A stretch of 64,000 nt of DNA from Spirochaetia bacterium (GCA_965243555.1 OZ251575.1:2785639-2849638); one strand, 5' to 3'. Numbered from the stretch's first letter, positions 25,042 through 36,180 are shown. The notes: generated by a model from the letters alone, not told the origin. Numbers and translations: made by a program.

Positions 25042-27503
25042 GACGCCCCTCCGCCCTTGCCTTTGGCCTTGCCCGTTCCGTTGCCCTTGGACGTGGCGCT
25101 GCCTTTGGGAGTGGCGCTGGCTTTGACCTTGCCCTTGCCGCCCGGCGCACCGCGCGCCGCGCCGCCGGCTGCCCCGGCTGTGCGCCCGGCGCCCGGCGGC
25201 GCACTACCCCCGGGCGCAGCCCGCCCGCCGCCCGGCGGCGCGTCACCCCCGGGCGCGGCCCGCCCGCCGCGCGGTGGCGCGTCACCCCCGCCGTCCGCCC
25301 CAGCGCCCGCCCCCGGGGGCGGCGCACTACCACCGGCCGCGCCGGCGGCGAACTCCGCGCGGATGCGGCGCCGGCGCATCTCGCCGAGCAGCCACACCGC
25401 CACGCCGGCCAGCACCACCAGCGCCGGCAGGCCGGCCACGGCGAAGGTCTTGAGGGCGGTGCGCGCCGGCGGCTCGATGGTGCGCAACGGGCGCACCCGC
25501 CGGCCCTTGGTGCGCATCAGCGCGCGGTCCTCGCGCCCGTTCATGGCGTCAATCAGGTTGAGCACGAGCAGCGCGTTGGGGTTGCGGCCCTGCACGTCGA
25601 TAAAGCCGCTGCCCAGAATTGCCGAGGTGCCCACCACGAACAACGTCCCTTCCCCCTCGGGGGTAAAACTCTGCTCGGCCTGCAGCTCCTCGGCGGAGAT
25701 CACCGGCGCGGCGTCCTCTTCATCATCCTGCGACGAAGGCTCCTCGCGCGGGCGTTCGGGAATCTCGCGGTCCGCGAAGTAGCTGCTAAAGGAGCCCTCG
25801 GCCAGAATCGCCAGCGGGAACGCGGCGCGCTCATCCTCGCCCGGCGGCTCCGCCCCCATCAGGTCGATCTGCCCCGCCATCTCCCAGGCGGTCGCCGATG
25901 TGCGCAGCGCCTCGGTGTAGGTAACCCCGGCCTGTTGCCCGCTCACCACCTCCAGCGGCGAGATGTTGAGCATGATCAGCTCCTCCAGGTTGGTGAGAAA
26001 CGGCACGCTCTGATCGATCTGATCTTCCTGCAGCCGCGGCGCAAAGTAGATTTCGCTCTCCACGAAGCCGCCGCGCGGCGACGGCTGGCGCTGCACGAAC
26101 GACTGCTCGTCGAGCACGTAGGACTGCTTGAGCCGGATTCCGTAGTGCTCCAGCATCGCCTCCAAACCGGTCTCGCGGGGCAGATGGAAGGCGCCGCCCC
26201 CGCCGAATCCTCCGCCCTGGTTCACGAAAATGTTGTGCGAGTCCAGGAACAGCATCAGCGACCCGCCGCGCAACAGAAACTGGTCGATCTGAAACAGCGC
26301 CCACTCGTTGAGTGGCTCCTGCGGGCCGACCACCAGCATGCTGCGCAGGCCCTCCGGCACCGGGCGCTCCTCCAGCAGTAGGCCGCGGTAGGTGTACTCC
26401 GCCGATACCAGTTGGAACAGGTTGGTGAGCTCCGCCTCCACCACGTCGGTCGGGGTGGTGGGATTGGCGCGTCCGCGGTAGGGCGGCGTCTCGAAGTCGG
26501 CCAGGTAGCCCATCTCCTCCTGGGTGCCGAGCAGGTTCTTGAGGGTGTCGTCCAGGGAGCGGCGGATGGTCTCCTGGTCGGCAATCTGGTAGCCCATGAT
26601 GCTGGCCTGCAGCAGGTTCATGGTGATGGTGGTGCCGGCCGAGGTCACCGACACGCCGGCGTAGGCGATCTCGGCGCTGCCGTCCGGGGCCTGGAGCTGC
26701 AGCGGCGCCAGACGCAGGCGGGTCGCCTCCTCCGGCGTCACCAGCTCGGCGTTGGCGTCGACGTGCTCGAACTGCAGGCGGTCGAAGTAGCCGGCGTTGA
26801 GCTCCCTGACCAGCCCCTCGATCTCCGCCGGAATCTCCTCCACTCCCGGCGCCAGCATGGCGAGCGAGGACGAAAAATAAAGCTGCACCTTGATGTCTTC
26901 TTCCAACGCCAGCAGGCGGCTGATGCGTTCGGTGAGCTTGGTGATCGCCTCGGTGATCGTGAGCTCCAACTGGTCGGTGTCGGTGATCGACGGGATGGTC
27001 TCGATCAGGTCGCCGTGAATCAGCGCCATGCCGGTATAGGCGGTGCTCAGCGTCACCTCGTCGCGGTCGAGCTGCTCGATCTGGATCGGATAGATCAGGT
27101 ACTGGCGCGCCAGCTCCTCGTTGGCGATTGCCTCTTCCTGGCCCACCTCCTCGGCGCCCATGGCGACAAACTGGTAGTTGAACAGGTCACCGCCGTGCAC
27201 CGCGTACTCGTCAAGCAGGTCGCGCACCTCCTGCTCCACCGTGTTGTAGGGGGCGGGCAGGTTGGGCGTAAAGAAGGCGCGGATGGTGAGCGGCTCGCGC
27301 AGCGCCGAGACCGCGTCGATGCTCGGCGGCGACAGGGCGTAGAGGCCGCCCTCGGTAAGGTCGAAGCGCCGGAACAGGCCCGACGCCGAGGAGACGTTGA
27401 TCATCACCACCGCGCCGAGAAACAGGGCGATCTCCAGTACCCGCAAGCCGGTGCGCAACGGCTTGTTGCCGCCGCGGCCGCCGTGGTCTTCGCGGCCCCT
27501 CAT
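25038..27503 (-). CDS. GldG-like ABC transporter auxiliary/substrate-binding component
   Basis: About 821 aa from the ATG overlapping the permease stop. N-terminal TM segment, large periplasmic domain, C-terminal TM segment and a Gly/Ala/Pro-rich tail. Architecture matches gliding-motility-associated GldG. Confidence 0.7.
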   Translation of the reverse strand: MRGREDHGGRGGNKPLRTGLRVLEIALFLGAVVMINVSSASGLFRRFDLTEGGLYALSPPSIDAVSALREPLTIRAFFTPNLPAPYNTVEQEVRDLLDEYAVHGGDLFNYQFVAMGAEEVGQEEAIANEELARQYLIYPIQIEQLDRDEVTLSTAYTGMALIHGDLIETIPSITDTDQLELTITEAITKLTERISRLLALEEDIKVQLYFSSSLAMLAPGVEEIPAEIEGLVRELNAGYFDRLQFEHVDANAELVTPEEATRLRLAPLQLQAPDGSAEIAYAGVSVTSAGTTITMNLLQASIMGYQIADQETIRRSLDDTLKNLLGTQEEMGYLADFETPPYRGRANPTTPTDVVEAELTNLFQLVSAEYTYRGLLLEERPVPEGLRSMLVVGPQEPLNEWALFQIDQFLLRGGSLMLFLDSHNIFVNQGGGFGGGGAFHLPRETGLEAMLEHYGIRLKQSYVLDEQSFVQRQPSPRGGFVESEIYFAPRLQEDQIDQSVPFLTNLEELIMLNISPLEVVSGQQAGVTYTEALRTSATAWEMAGQIDLMGAEPPGEDERAAFPLAILAEGSFSSYFADREIPERPREEPSSQDDEEDAAPVISAEELQAEQSFTPEGEGTLFVVGTSAILGSGFIDVQGRNPNALLVLNLIDAMNGREDRALMRTKGRRVRPLRTIEPPARTALKTFAVAGLPALVVLAGVAVWLLGEMRRRRIRAEFAAGAAGGSAPPPGAGAGADGGGDAPPRGGRAAPGGDAPPGGGRAAPGGSAPPGAGRTAGAAGGAARGAPGGKGKVKASATPKGSATSKGNGTGKAKGKGGGAS

Positions 27504-28207
27504 ATGCGGCGCTCCACCACCAGGTTGGTGGCGTACAGGCTCACGCCCGCGGCGCTCACGAAGTACACCACGTCGCGCGAGTCGAGCACCCCCTTGGCGA
27601 CGTTCTGAAAGTGATAGTCGGCGCCGAGGTACTGCAGCACGCCGGTGAGGCCGGCGGGGATGAAGAACAGCATCTTGTCGATCAGCACCAGGAAGGCGCA
27701 CAGCGTGAGGCCGATGATAAAGGCCACGATCTGGTTCTTGGTGAGCGCCGACGCGAACAGGCCCACCGCGCAGTACAGCGCCGCCAGGAACACTGCGCCG
27801 ACGTAGCCGCCCACCACCGGGCCGGCGTCCAGGTCGCCCAGGGCGGCGACGATGAGCGGGTACGCCAGGGTGGGCACCAGCATCAGCAGGATGAACAGCA
27901 GGCTGCCGGTGAACTTGCCCAGCAGTACGTCGAAGCGGGTCATCGGCAGGGTGGTGAGCACCTCGTAGGAGCCGGTGCTGAACTCCTCGGCGAACACGCG
28001 CATGGTCACCGCCGGCACCACCAGCCCCAGGGTCATCGGCAGCAGGCTGAAGAAGCCGCGCAGGTCGGCGCGCCCGTTGAGAAAGAAGGGCGTAAAGAAG
28101 AACCAGCCGGTGACGGTGAGGAAGATGACGATGACGATGTACGCCACCGGCGAGCCGAACGCCGCCCTCAGCTCGCGCGTCACCACGCGGAAGAAGGCCG
28201 CGCTCAT
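27500..28207 (-). CDS. ABC-2 type transporter permease (GldF-like)
   Basis: 235 aa with six TM helices ('MSAAFFRVVTRELRAAF...'). The start overlaps the ATPase stop (ATGA). Confidence 0.8.
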   Translation of the reverse strand: MSAAFFRVVTRELRAAFGSPVAYIVIVIFLTVTGWFFFTPFFLNGRADLRGFFSLLPMTLGLVVPAVTMRVFAEEFSTGSYEVLTTLPMTRFDVLLGKFTGSLLFILLMLVPTLAYPLIVAALGDLDAGPVVGGYVGAVFLAALYCAVGLFASALTKNQIVAFIIGLTLCAFLVLIDKMLFFIPAGLTGVLQYLGADYHFQNVAKGVLDSRDVVYFVSAAGVSLYATNLVVERRI

Positions 28208-29322
28208 GAGGCCGCCTCCTCCCCGGCGGCGCCGCCGCCGGGGTTGCCGCCGGGGACTGCACGGCCGGGGGCTGCACGGCCGGGGGCGCCGTTGCCAGGG
28301 GCGGGGTTGCCGGCCGCCTTGCCGGAGGCGCCGTTGCCGCCGGCGCCACTGCCGGGAGGATGGCCGCCGCCGGGGCCGTGAGCGGCGGCGCCGGTGAGCT
28401 CGCGGAACGTGTCCTCCAGCGAGTGGCCTTCCGAGTTCAGGCCGGCCACCACCCAGTCGCGGCGCTTGATGGCGGCGTACAGCTCGCGCAGGTTGGGGCG
28501 GACGCAGTTGACGTCCACCAGCAGGGCGCCGGCGGCGGGCAGCGGCGCGTTCAACACCCGCTGCACCCGGTCCACGCCCGGCACCGCCAGCAGGTGGCGC
28601 TGCACCTGATCCAGCGGCGCGTCCAGCAGCGCCAGCCGCACCACCATACCGGAGACGGCGCGCGCCTTGACCAGCGCGGCGGTGCCGTCGGCCACCACCC
28701 GCCCGCGGTTGATGATCACGATGCGGTCGCAGGTGCTCTCCGCCTCGCTGAGGATGTGGGTGGAGAAGATGACCGTCTTCTCGCGCCCGGCCTCCTTGAT
28801 GATGGAGCGGATCTCGACGATCTGATTGGGGTCGAGGCCGGAGGTCGGCTCGTCCAGGATCAGGATGTCGGGATCGCTGAGCATGGCGTGGGCCAACCCG
28901 ACGCGCTGCTTGTAGCCGCGTGACAGCTCGCGGAACGGGCGGTGAATCACGTCGCCGAGGCCGCACAGCTCGGTCATGGCGCGGATGCGCGCGCCGCGGC
29001 GGTTGGGGTCGAGACGGCGCACGGCGCCGACGTACTGCAGGTAGTCGTGGACCACCATGTCTGCGTAGAGCGGGGCGAATTCCGGCAGGTAGCCGATCAG
29101 GCGCTTCACGGCCAGCGGATTCTCCGCCACGTCCATCTCCTGCACCCGCACCGTGCCGGCGGTAGGGGTGAGGTAGCCGGTGACGATCCGCATGGTCGTG
29201 GTCTTGCCGGCGCCGTTCGGTCCGAGCAGGCCGAGGATCTCGCCGCTGTCGACCGAGAAGCTCACCCCGTCCAGGGCCCGGGTAACGCCGTAGTCCTTGG
29301 TGAGATTGCTGATCTGGATCAT
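28204..29322 (-). CDS. ABC transporter ATP-binding protein (GldA-like)
   Basis: Walker A 'GPNGAGKTT', signature 'LSRGYKQRV', Walker B 'ILILDEP', H-loop 'STHIL'. Start at 'MIQISNL'; the long N-terminal extension in the track ORF is an artefact. Confidence 0.9.
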   Translation of the reverse strand: MIQISNLTKDYGVTRALDGVSFSVDSGEILGLLGPNGAGKTTTMRIVTGYLTPTAGTVRVQEMDVAENPLAVKRLIGYLPEFAPLYADMVVHDYLQYVGAVRRLDPNRRGARIRAMTELCGLGDVIHRPFRELSRGYKQRVGLAHAMLSDPDILILDEPTSGLDPNQIVEIRSIIKEAGREKTVIFSTHILSEAESTCDRIVIINRGRVVADGTAALVKARAVSGMVVRLALLDAPLDQVQRHLLAVPGVDRVQRVLNAPLPAAGALLVDVNCVRPNLRELYAAIKRRDWVVAGLNSEGHSLEDTFRELTGAAAHGPGGGHPPGSGAGGNGASGKAAGNPAPGNGAPGRAAPGRAVPGGNPGGGAAGEEAAS

Positions 29323-29485
29323 AGTTTGGGATTTTTCACGGCGGGACCGCGCGCGGCGGCCGCGCCCGCCCCATTGATGTACCACAATCCGGCGCCGAAG
29401 TGAATACGCCGCCGCCGGAATCCGCCGGAATCCGGGCGCCCCCGGCCCGGGCCTGCCGGCCACGCGCGCAGGCCTCCCTCCTCCC

Positions 29486-30040
29486 ATGCCGGAGGAGTGG
29501 CGCCGCGTGGCGGATGCGGCTATGCTGGCGGCGGTGGACACGACTATTGATGCCAGTTGGTACCGGCGCCCGCCCGATACCCCGCAGCGGCTCAGCGCCG
29601 GCGGCTTGGTGTGCGCCCTGCGGGAGGGCCGCCTGCTGGTGGCGCTGGCGCGCGAGGGCGACTGGCCGGCCTGCATCATCCCCAAGGGTGGCGTCGAGCC
29701 GGGGGAGGACGTGGAAGCGGCGGCGCGGCGGGAGATTGAGGAGGAGACCGGGTTCACGGACCTGACCCTGCTCGGCAAGCTGGGCGTGCTGGAACGCCTC
29801 ACCTTCGACCGCGCCCATTGGACAGTGACCCACCTCTTCGCCTACCTGACCGCCGAGCAGGCGGCAACGCCCAGCGACCGCGCCGCCCACCCGCAGCCGG
29901 CGCTGTGGTGCCGCCCCGACGCCCTGCCGCCCATGCTCTGGCCCGACCAACGCCGCCTCATAGAACAAAACCACGCCCGCCTGCTCCGCTGGACCGCCCG
30001 CGCTCTACAGCCGGTAAAGGAGCGCCCCGAACACCCCTGA
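29486..30040 (+). CDS. NUDIX hydrolase
   Basis: Nudix box 'GGVEPGEDVEAAARREIEEETG'. Confidence 0.85.
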   Translation: MPEEWRRVADAAMLAAVDTTIDASWYRRPPDTPQRLSAGGLVCALREGRLLVALAREGDWPACIIPKGGVEPGEDVEAAARREIEEETGFTDLTLLGKLGVLERLTFDRAHWTVTHLFAYLTAEQAATPSDRAAHPQPALWCRPDALPPMLWPDQRRLIEQNHARLLRWTARALQPVKERPEHP

Positions 30041-30172
30041 CCCGCCCCGCGTGCTTACGGGGTCTCGCCTCCTCCCGCCGCGGCCACTCGCGGGCGCGGC
30101 GCCCGTTGAGCAGGATCGGAACCGCCAACTGGACAGTATAGTTACCAGTCGGGCTACGATCCAGCCAGCGTC

Positions 30173-31498
30173 ATGACCATTGGAACGCCCGCAGGCCCCT
30201 CCCTCGAGACCCTCCGGGGCATGATCCTGGACTTCCAGGAGGCATCGCAACCCACCGGCGTGCCGCGGCGGGTACGCCTCGAGACGGTGGCCGGCAAGGC
30301 CGCGGTGTGTATCGGCGTGCGCCGCGGCGGCAAGTCCACCCTGCTCTTCCAGATCATGGATCGGCTGCTGGCGGATGGCGTTTCGCGCCACAACCTCCTC
30401 TACCTGAACTTCTTCGATGACCGCCTGCACGGCCTGCGCCATTCCTCGCTGGCGCTCATTCCCGAGGCGTACTACTCGCTCTACCCCGAAAAGAAGAACG
30501 CGGAGACGGTGTATTGCTTCTTCGACGAGATCCAGGCGGCGCCGGGTTGGGAGCCGTTCGTGGACCGGCTGCTGCGCACCGAACGCTGCCAAGTCTACCT
30601 CACCGGGTCGTCCGCGCAACTGCTGTCGCGCGAGATTGCCACGCAGATGCGCGGGCGGGCCCTGGCGTGGGAGCTGTTCCCGTTCTCGTTCCGCGAGTTC
30701 CTGGATTACCGGGGCATCACCGCCGGCGGCGCGCTTTCGACCAAGCGGCGGCTGCTGATTCGGAAGGGGTTCGAGGAGTACTGGGAGCGGGGCGGGTTTC
30801 CCGAGGTGGCCGGCGCCGGCGCCGAGTTGCGGGTCAAGATCCATCAGGAATACTTCCACACGATCCTGTACCGCGACGTGGTGGAGCGCCACGATGTGTC
30901 CCATCCGCGGGCGGTCGCCGACCTCGCGCACCGGCTGGTCGACAACGCCGCCTGCCTCTACTCGGTCAACAGCCTTACCGGCTACCTCAAGTCGCTCGGC
31001 CACCGGTTCCCCAAGTCCGCCGTGGCCGCCTGCCTGGAGTGGTTCGAGGACGCCTACTTCCTGTTCACGGTGCGCCTCTTTGACGCGTCGGCGGCGCGCA
31101 GGAATACCAATCCCAAGAAGGTCTACTGCATCGACCACGCCCTGGTAACCTCGGTCTCGGCGCGGATTCTAATCAACTCCGGCCATCTGCTGGAGAACCT
31201 AGTGTTCGTCGCGCTACGCCGGCGCCACGACCGGATCTACTACTACAAGACCGGAACCGGGCGGGAGGTGGACTTCGTGGTCCCGCGGCGCCGCGACCGG
31301 CCCCTGCTGGTACAGGTATGCGAATCCCTGGTGGACCCGGCAACGCGCCGCCGCGAGACTGCGGCGCTGCAGGCCGCGATGGCCGAGCTGGAGGTGGATC
31401 ACGCGACCATCGTCACCCGCCGCGAGCAGGAGCGGATTGAGAGCGGCGGCCGGACCATCGACGTGCTGCCCGCCTGGCGCTTCCTGCTCGACTCGTAA
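30173..31498 (+). CDS. AAA-family ATPase with DUF4143 domain (AAA_14/DUF4143 'ATP-binding protein')
   Basis: Walker A 'GVRRGGKST', Walker B 'FFDEIQ', and a C-terminal DUF4143-like region. Paralogous to 43078-44412. Confidence 0.85.
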   Translation: MTIGTPAGPSLETLRGMILDFQEASQPTGVPRRVRLETVAGKAAVCIGVRRGGKSTLLFQIMDRLLADGVSRHNLLYLNFFDDRLHGLRHSSLALIPEAYYSLYPEKKNAETVYCFFDEIQAAPGWEPFVDRLLRTERCQVYLTGSSAQLLSREIATQMRGRALAWELFPFSFREFLDYRGITAGGALSTKRRLLIRKGFEEYWERGGFPEVAGAGAELRVKIHQEYFHTILYRDVVERHDVSHPRAVADLAHRLVDNAACLYSVNSLTGYLKSLGHRFPKSAVAACLEWFEDAYFLFTVRLFDASAARRNTNPKKVYCIDHALVTSVSARILINSGHLLENLVFVALRRRHDRIYYYKTGTGREVDFVVPRRRDRPLLVQVCESLVDPATRRRETAALQAAMAELEVDHATIVTRREQERIESGGRTIDVLPAWRFLLDS

Positions 31499-31590
31499 CG
31501 CGCCCACTGCTGCCAATCGATTGTCAACCCTGTCAACCCGTTGGTGGTTCTTCCTTGGCCCCAAGGCCTGCCCACACAGGAAGGCGGGGG

Positions 31591-32256
31591 TTACGGGCGC
31601 TTGGAGTCTGCGGACGTTTGGTCCTGTCGTAACACCTCGGTGAGGAAGGCGGCGGTGAGGGCAACGGCCTCGGCGGTGTTCTGCTCGAGGGTGCGGCCGG
31701 AGCGCTTGCGCGGTTTGAGGCCGTGGTCGCCGTCGGTGATCCAGTGGATGGTCAGCGCGGGGGAGAGGCGGTAGCCGGGCACCTCGTCGCGGTTGCCGAA
31801 GGGGTCGCGCTCGCCCTGCAGGATCAGCGTCGGGGTGCGCAGGTCGGCCAGGTGGGCGGTGCGCAGCTTGTCGGGGCGGCCCGGCGGGTGGAACGGGTAG
31901 GCAAAGCAGATCAGGGCGCCCACCCCGCACTCGTCCGCTACCAGGCTGGCGATGCGGCCTCCCAACGAGCGCCCGCCGATTGCCAGGGCCGCGGCGCTGC
32001 CATAGTCCGCGGCCGCCCGCGCAATTACCGCACGCCAAGTCTCCTCCAGCACCGGCTGGCGGTCGGGCCCGCCGCCGCGGCCGCTTGCCCGGCGGCGCTG
32101 CATGTAGGGGAACTCAAAGCGCACTACGCGCACCCCCGCCAGCGCCAGCCCGCCGGCCAGCAGGTTCATGGCCGGCGCGTCCATTGGTTGGCCGGCGCCG
32201 TGAGCCAGCACCAGGGTGCGGCGTGCGTCGTCCGGCCCGGTAATCAACAACTCCAC
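31591..32256 (-). CDS. Alpha/beta hydrolase (dienelactone-hydrolase-like)
   Basis: 221 aa with nucleophile elbow 'GRSLGG' and C-terminal 'DGDHG'. Confidence 0.75.
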   Translation of the reverse strand: MELLITGPDDARRTLVLAHGAGQPMDAPAMNLLAGGLALAGVRVVRFEFPYMQRRRASGRGGGPDRQPVLEETWRAVIARAAADYGSAAALAIGGRSLGGRIASLVADECGVGALICFAYPFHPPGRPDKLRTAHLADLRTPTLILQGERDPFGNRDEVPGYRLSPALTIHWITDGDHGLKPRKRSGRTLEQNTAEAVALTAAFLTEVLRQDQTSADSKRP

Positions 32257-32346
32257 CTGGTTACCTCAACTTGCCCGCTCCGGGACGCCACTGGCGGCTC
32301 GGCTGGGGTCGGCCTGCCACACGGGACGGCACGGGCACGATGGAGT

Positions 32347-34053
32347 TCACAGGGCGCCGGCGTGGGCGCTGTGGAAGGTGTCGGCGCCGCCGCGCAGGCG
32401 GGCGCCGTCGCGGGCGATTGCCACCGGGCTGGCGAACGGACTCATGCCCTCGGTGACGTAGCGCGGATCAATCGCGGCCACGTGGTGGCGGCGGTCGCGC
32501 AGCTCGTCGATCACCTCGGCCGGGATGCGCCCGTCCACGGCGGTCAGCGGCGTGCTGCAGTCCAGCCTGGGCGTATCAATCGCCTCCTGCGGGCCGAGTC
32601 CGAAGTCGAGCATCTTCACCACCAGATTGGTGACGCAGTTGGTGATGCGGCGCCCGCCGGAGGCGCCCACCGCCAGGCGCGCGCCGCGCTCGTCGAGCAC
32701 CAGCAGTGGCGACATGTTGTTCAGCGGCAGCTTGCGCGGGGCGATGGAGTTGACGTGGCCGGGCACCGGATCGAACCACATCATGCCGTTGTTGAGGATC
32801 ACCCCGGTGTCGGCCGCCACCAGCCCGGAGCCGAACCCGGACATCAGCGTGTTGGTCAGCGACACGGCGTTGCCGTCGGCGTCCATCACGCACAGGTGGG
32901 TGGTGCCGTCCTGGTAGATGGGCGCGCTGCCGGGAGCGCGATGCGGGGCGCTCCGGCCCTCCTCCCGCCACGGGTCCCCGGCCCTGAAGCGCTGCGGCGC
33001 CTTGTCGCCCACGCGGTCCCAGCGCCGCGCGGCGTAGGCGCGGGAGGTGAGGCCGCGCCACGGCACCGCGGCGCTCTCCGGGTCAGCCAGGAAGGCGAAG
33101 CGGTCGGCGTAGGCCAACCGCGCCGCGCAAACGTAGCGATGCAGCGCCTCCGCGGTGTTGTGGCCGCAGGAGGCCAGGTCGGTGCGGTCCAGCAGTTGCA
33201 GTGTCATGGCGCTGGTGATGCCGCCACTGGCGAACGGCGCCGCCCGCACGCGCAGATCGCGGTAGCGCACCTCCAGCGGGCCGCCGGCGGCGCCGCCGGC
33301 GTGCCAGTGGAACGGGCGGTAGCCCGCCAGGTCGGCGCGGCTGAGCAGGCCGCCCGCGCTCTGCACCGCCTCCACCAACCGCTTGGCAACGTCGCCGCCG
33401 TAGAAGCCGGCCGCGCCCTCGGCGCCGACCGCCTGCAGCGTATCGGCCAGTTCGGGCTGGCGAATCTTTGCCGGCTCGGCCCATACCGGTTCCCCGCGGC
33501 GGTAGCCGGGGCCGGGAATCTTGATGCCGGCCGGCAGCTCACCGGCGGGCAGGAACGCGCGCCGCAGCTCCGGGCAGCGGGTCAGCTTGCCAAGCTGCTG
33601 GGCGAACGCCATCAGGTCGTGGAACTCGGGCGCGAAGCCGCCGCGCGCCAGCTCCACGGCGGGCGCGATTACCTCTTCCAGGGGCAGCCGCCCCAGGGCG
33701 CGGTGGGCGGCGGTGAGCCCCGCCACGGCGCCGGGAACGGCGACGGAGCGGGCGCCTTCCAGATTGGCGTCGTCCGCCACCCCCGGCCAGCCGAAGTCGC
33801 CCACCGCCGGGGCGCCGGTCAGGCGGTACATGTCCGGGGTCGCCGCCACCGGCGCCCGCATCGGGAACCCGAACACGCCGCCGCGCTCCCCCAACTGGTA
33901 CACCAGGTAGCCGCCGCCGCCGAGGCCGCTCGACGCCGGCTCCACCACCCCGACCGCGAAGGCCGCGGCCACCGCGGCGTCGATCACGTTGCCGCGCGCG
34001 CGCAGCATGTCCAGGGCCGCGGCGCTGGCCAACCGGTGCTTGGTGGCCACCAT
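32347..34053 (-). CDS. ggt: Gamma-glutamyltranspeptidase
   Basis: About 568 aa from 'MVATKHRL'. GGT signatures include the autoprocessing Thr region '...GTTHLCVMDADGNAVSLTNTL' and the 'GASGG' small-subunit motif. Confidence 0.9.
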   Translation of the reverse strand: MVATKHRLASAAALDMLRARGNVIDAAVAAAFAVGVVEPASSGLGGGGYLVYQLGERGGVFGFPMRAPVAATPDMYRLTGAPAVGDFGWPGVADDANLEGARSVAVPGAVAGLTAAHRALGRLPLEEVIAPAVELARGGFAPEFHDLMAFAQQLGKLTRCPELRRAFLPAGELPAGIKIPGPGYRRGEPVWAEPAKIRQPELADTLQAVGAEGAAGFYGGDVAKRLVEAVQSAGGLLSRADLAGYRPFHWHAGGAAGGPLEVRYRDLRVRAAPFASGGITSAMTLQLLDRTDLASCGHNTAEALHRYVCAARLAYADRFAFLADPESAAVPWRGLTSRAYAARRWDRVGDKAPQRFRAGDPWREEGRSAPHRAPGSAPIYQDGTTHLCVMDADGNAVSLTNTLMSGFGSGLVAADTGVILNNGMMWFDPVPGHVNSIAPRKLPLNNMSPLLVLDERGARLAVGASGGRRITNCVTNLVVKMLDFGLGPQEAIDTPRLDCSTPLTAVDGRIPAEVIDELRDRRHHVAAIDPRYVTEGMSPFASPVAIARDGARLRGGADTFHSAHAGAL

Positions 34054-34117
34054 AGCGCGCTCGCCGCGCGCCTCCTGCTTGCTGCTCGAAAAGACGCTGT
34101 CACTCACCGCGCGACCC

Positions 34118-34528
34118 TCACCCCGCCCCGGCGGGCGCCGCCGTGAGCGCGGTTTCGAACTGCCCGGTGGCGAGCAGCACCAGGGTGCAGGCCTCCAGAT
34201 AGGGGATGCCATGGCGGTCCAGGGCGCCCTTCAGCTCCGCCGACTCGGTACCGGGGTTGAGGATCACGCGGCGCGGGCGGGCGGCGACGATGTCGTCGAT
34301 GAGCGGCCCCACGTGGCGCGGCCCGACGTACACGGTAAGCGTGTCCACGCGGCCGCCCGCGCCGGCCAGGCTCGCCGCCGCCGGCAGCCCCTCCACTTCC
34401 GCATGCGCCGGGGTGACCGGCACGACCTCGTAGCCGTGCTGCCGGAGGGCGCGTAGCGCGCGGTTGGCGTACCGCTGCGGCTTACGGCTGGCGCCGAGCA
34501 CGGCGACCCGGTGCTGCGCTGCTGTCAT
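34118..34528 (-). CDS. CoA-binding domain protein (YccU-like)
   Basis: 136 aa. 'RVAVLGASRKPQRYANRALRAL...GYEVVPV' is a typical CoA-binding Rossmann-like pattern. Confidence 0.75.
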   Translation of the reverse strand: MTAAQHRVAVLGASRKPQRYANRALRALRQHGYEVVPVTPAHAEVEGLPAAASLAGAGGRVDTLTVYVGPRHVGPLIDDIVAARPRRVILNPGTESAELKGALDRHGIPYLEACTLVLLATGQFETALTAAPAGAG

Positions 34529-34874
34529 GCCGCCCAGTCTACGCCGCGGCGCGGCCGCCGGCAAAGCGCGGGCGGGCGGCGGTGGCGCGGGCCGCGGGGT
34601 ACTGCGGACGCCGGGGCCGCCCGGCACGCCACGGGCGAACGCGGCGCGAGCGGACGCGGCGCCGGGGCGGGGCGAACGCGCACGGGCGGACGCGGCGCGA
34701 GCGGACGCCGACGCCACGCCACGCCGGGCCGGGGTTGCGCGGTGCCTTACCCGCGCGCAAGCATGGCGCGATGCCGCCCCCTGCCACGCCTGCCGCTGCC
34801 ACGCCCGCCCCGGCCGCTGCCGGCGCCGCTCCTGGCGACGCCTCCGGGGTACCGCCGGCGCGGCCGCCGGGTCC

Positions 34875-36150
34875 ATGGCGGCGGTGGCGCTGTTCGCCGC
34901 CGGCGGCCACTTCAGCATCGAGTTGGTCTCCAACTTCCTGCCCATCGTCTATCCAATCCTGGTCGCCGAGGCCGGCTTCTCGTTTGCCCGGGTGGGCACC
35001 GTCACCCTGGTCGCCACCCTGGGAATCACCCTGCCGCAGCCGCTGCTCGGGCTGGTGCTGAAGCGTTTTGCGGCCGGCCGCCTGGTGCTCCTGGCGGTGG
35101 TGTGGTGCGGCCTGTTCTACGGCGCCGTGGGGCTGGCGCCGCAGTTCGGGTGGCTGCTGGTGTGGGTGGCCCTGGGCGGGCTCGGGTCGGCGCTGTTCCA
35201 CCCCGCCGGCGCCGTGGTTGCCGCGGCCGCCCACCGCCGGCGGCGCGGCGCCTCCATGTCGATCTTCTCGGTGGGCGGCAACCTCGGCGCGGCCCTGAGT
35301 CCGCTGTTGATGGCCGCGGTCATCGGCTGGCAGGGGCTGCGCGGCACGCTGGTCACCGTGCCCCTGGCGCTGGTCATGGCCGCGCTGCTGTGGCTCGCCG
35401 GCGGGCGCGCCGCGGCTGCCGGCGGCCTCGCCCGGCCGCAGCGGCCGGGCGCCGGTCCCCGCCCCGCGCCTCCGCCAACCAAGCCGGCGACGGCAGCGCG
35501 CGCCGCCCCCGGCGCCCCGCTGCCCGCGGCAGCCGCCCGCACCACGACCGCCGCCGCTACCGGGGCTTTGGCCCTGGCCTTGATCGTGTTGTTCGCCATG
35601 ACGCGGGCCTGGTATCAGGTATCGCTCACCACCTACCTGCCGTTGTGGATCGCCGCCCACGACGGCGCCGGTATCGGCCCCGCGCAGGCGTTGTTCGTGC
35701 TGGTGGGCAGCCTGCCCGCCGGCAGCCTGCTGGGCGGCGCGCTGTCGGACCGCGCCGGGCGCTGGCCGGTGGTGCTGGCCGCGGCCGCGTTGCTGGCGGC
35801 GGCCAACGGCGTCCTGCTGGCGGTCGGCCCCGGCGCCCACCCCGCGGCCGTGCTGGCCCTGACCGGCGCCATCGGCTGCCTGATCGGCATGACCTACCCG
35901 GTGGCCATCATCATGGCGCAGGAGGCGTGGCCGCGCGACGTCGGCTTGGCCGGCGGCTTGGTGATGGGGTTGGGCTGGCTGCCGGGGGGCGTCGGCGCGT
36001 CGGTAGTCGGAGCGCTGGCCGACCGCGCCGGTCTGGAGGGCGCGTTGGCTACGCTGACGATTCCGTTGCTGGCCGGGTGGCGGCGCTCGGCGCCTACGCC
36101 GCCATCACGCGGACCACCGCACGGCGCCGGGCCGGGCCGCGGGTCTTGTG
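34875..36150 (+). CDS. MFS transporter (3' end uncertain)
   Basis: 12 clear TM segments from 'MAAVALFAAGG...' to '...LTIPLLAGW'. The coding frame has no stop before 36881 and would overlap the downstream ABC gene by about 700 nt. A frame-2 stop at 36151 suggests a frameshift or sequencing error near the 3' end. Confidence 0.55.
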
Positions 36151-36180
36151 ACGCCGCCGCCCGCGGCGTAGGGTGCGCGG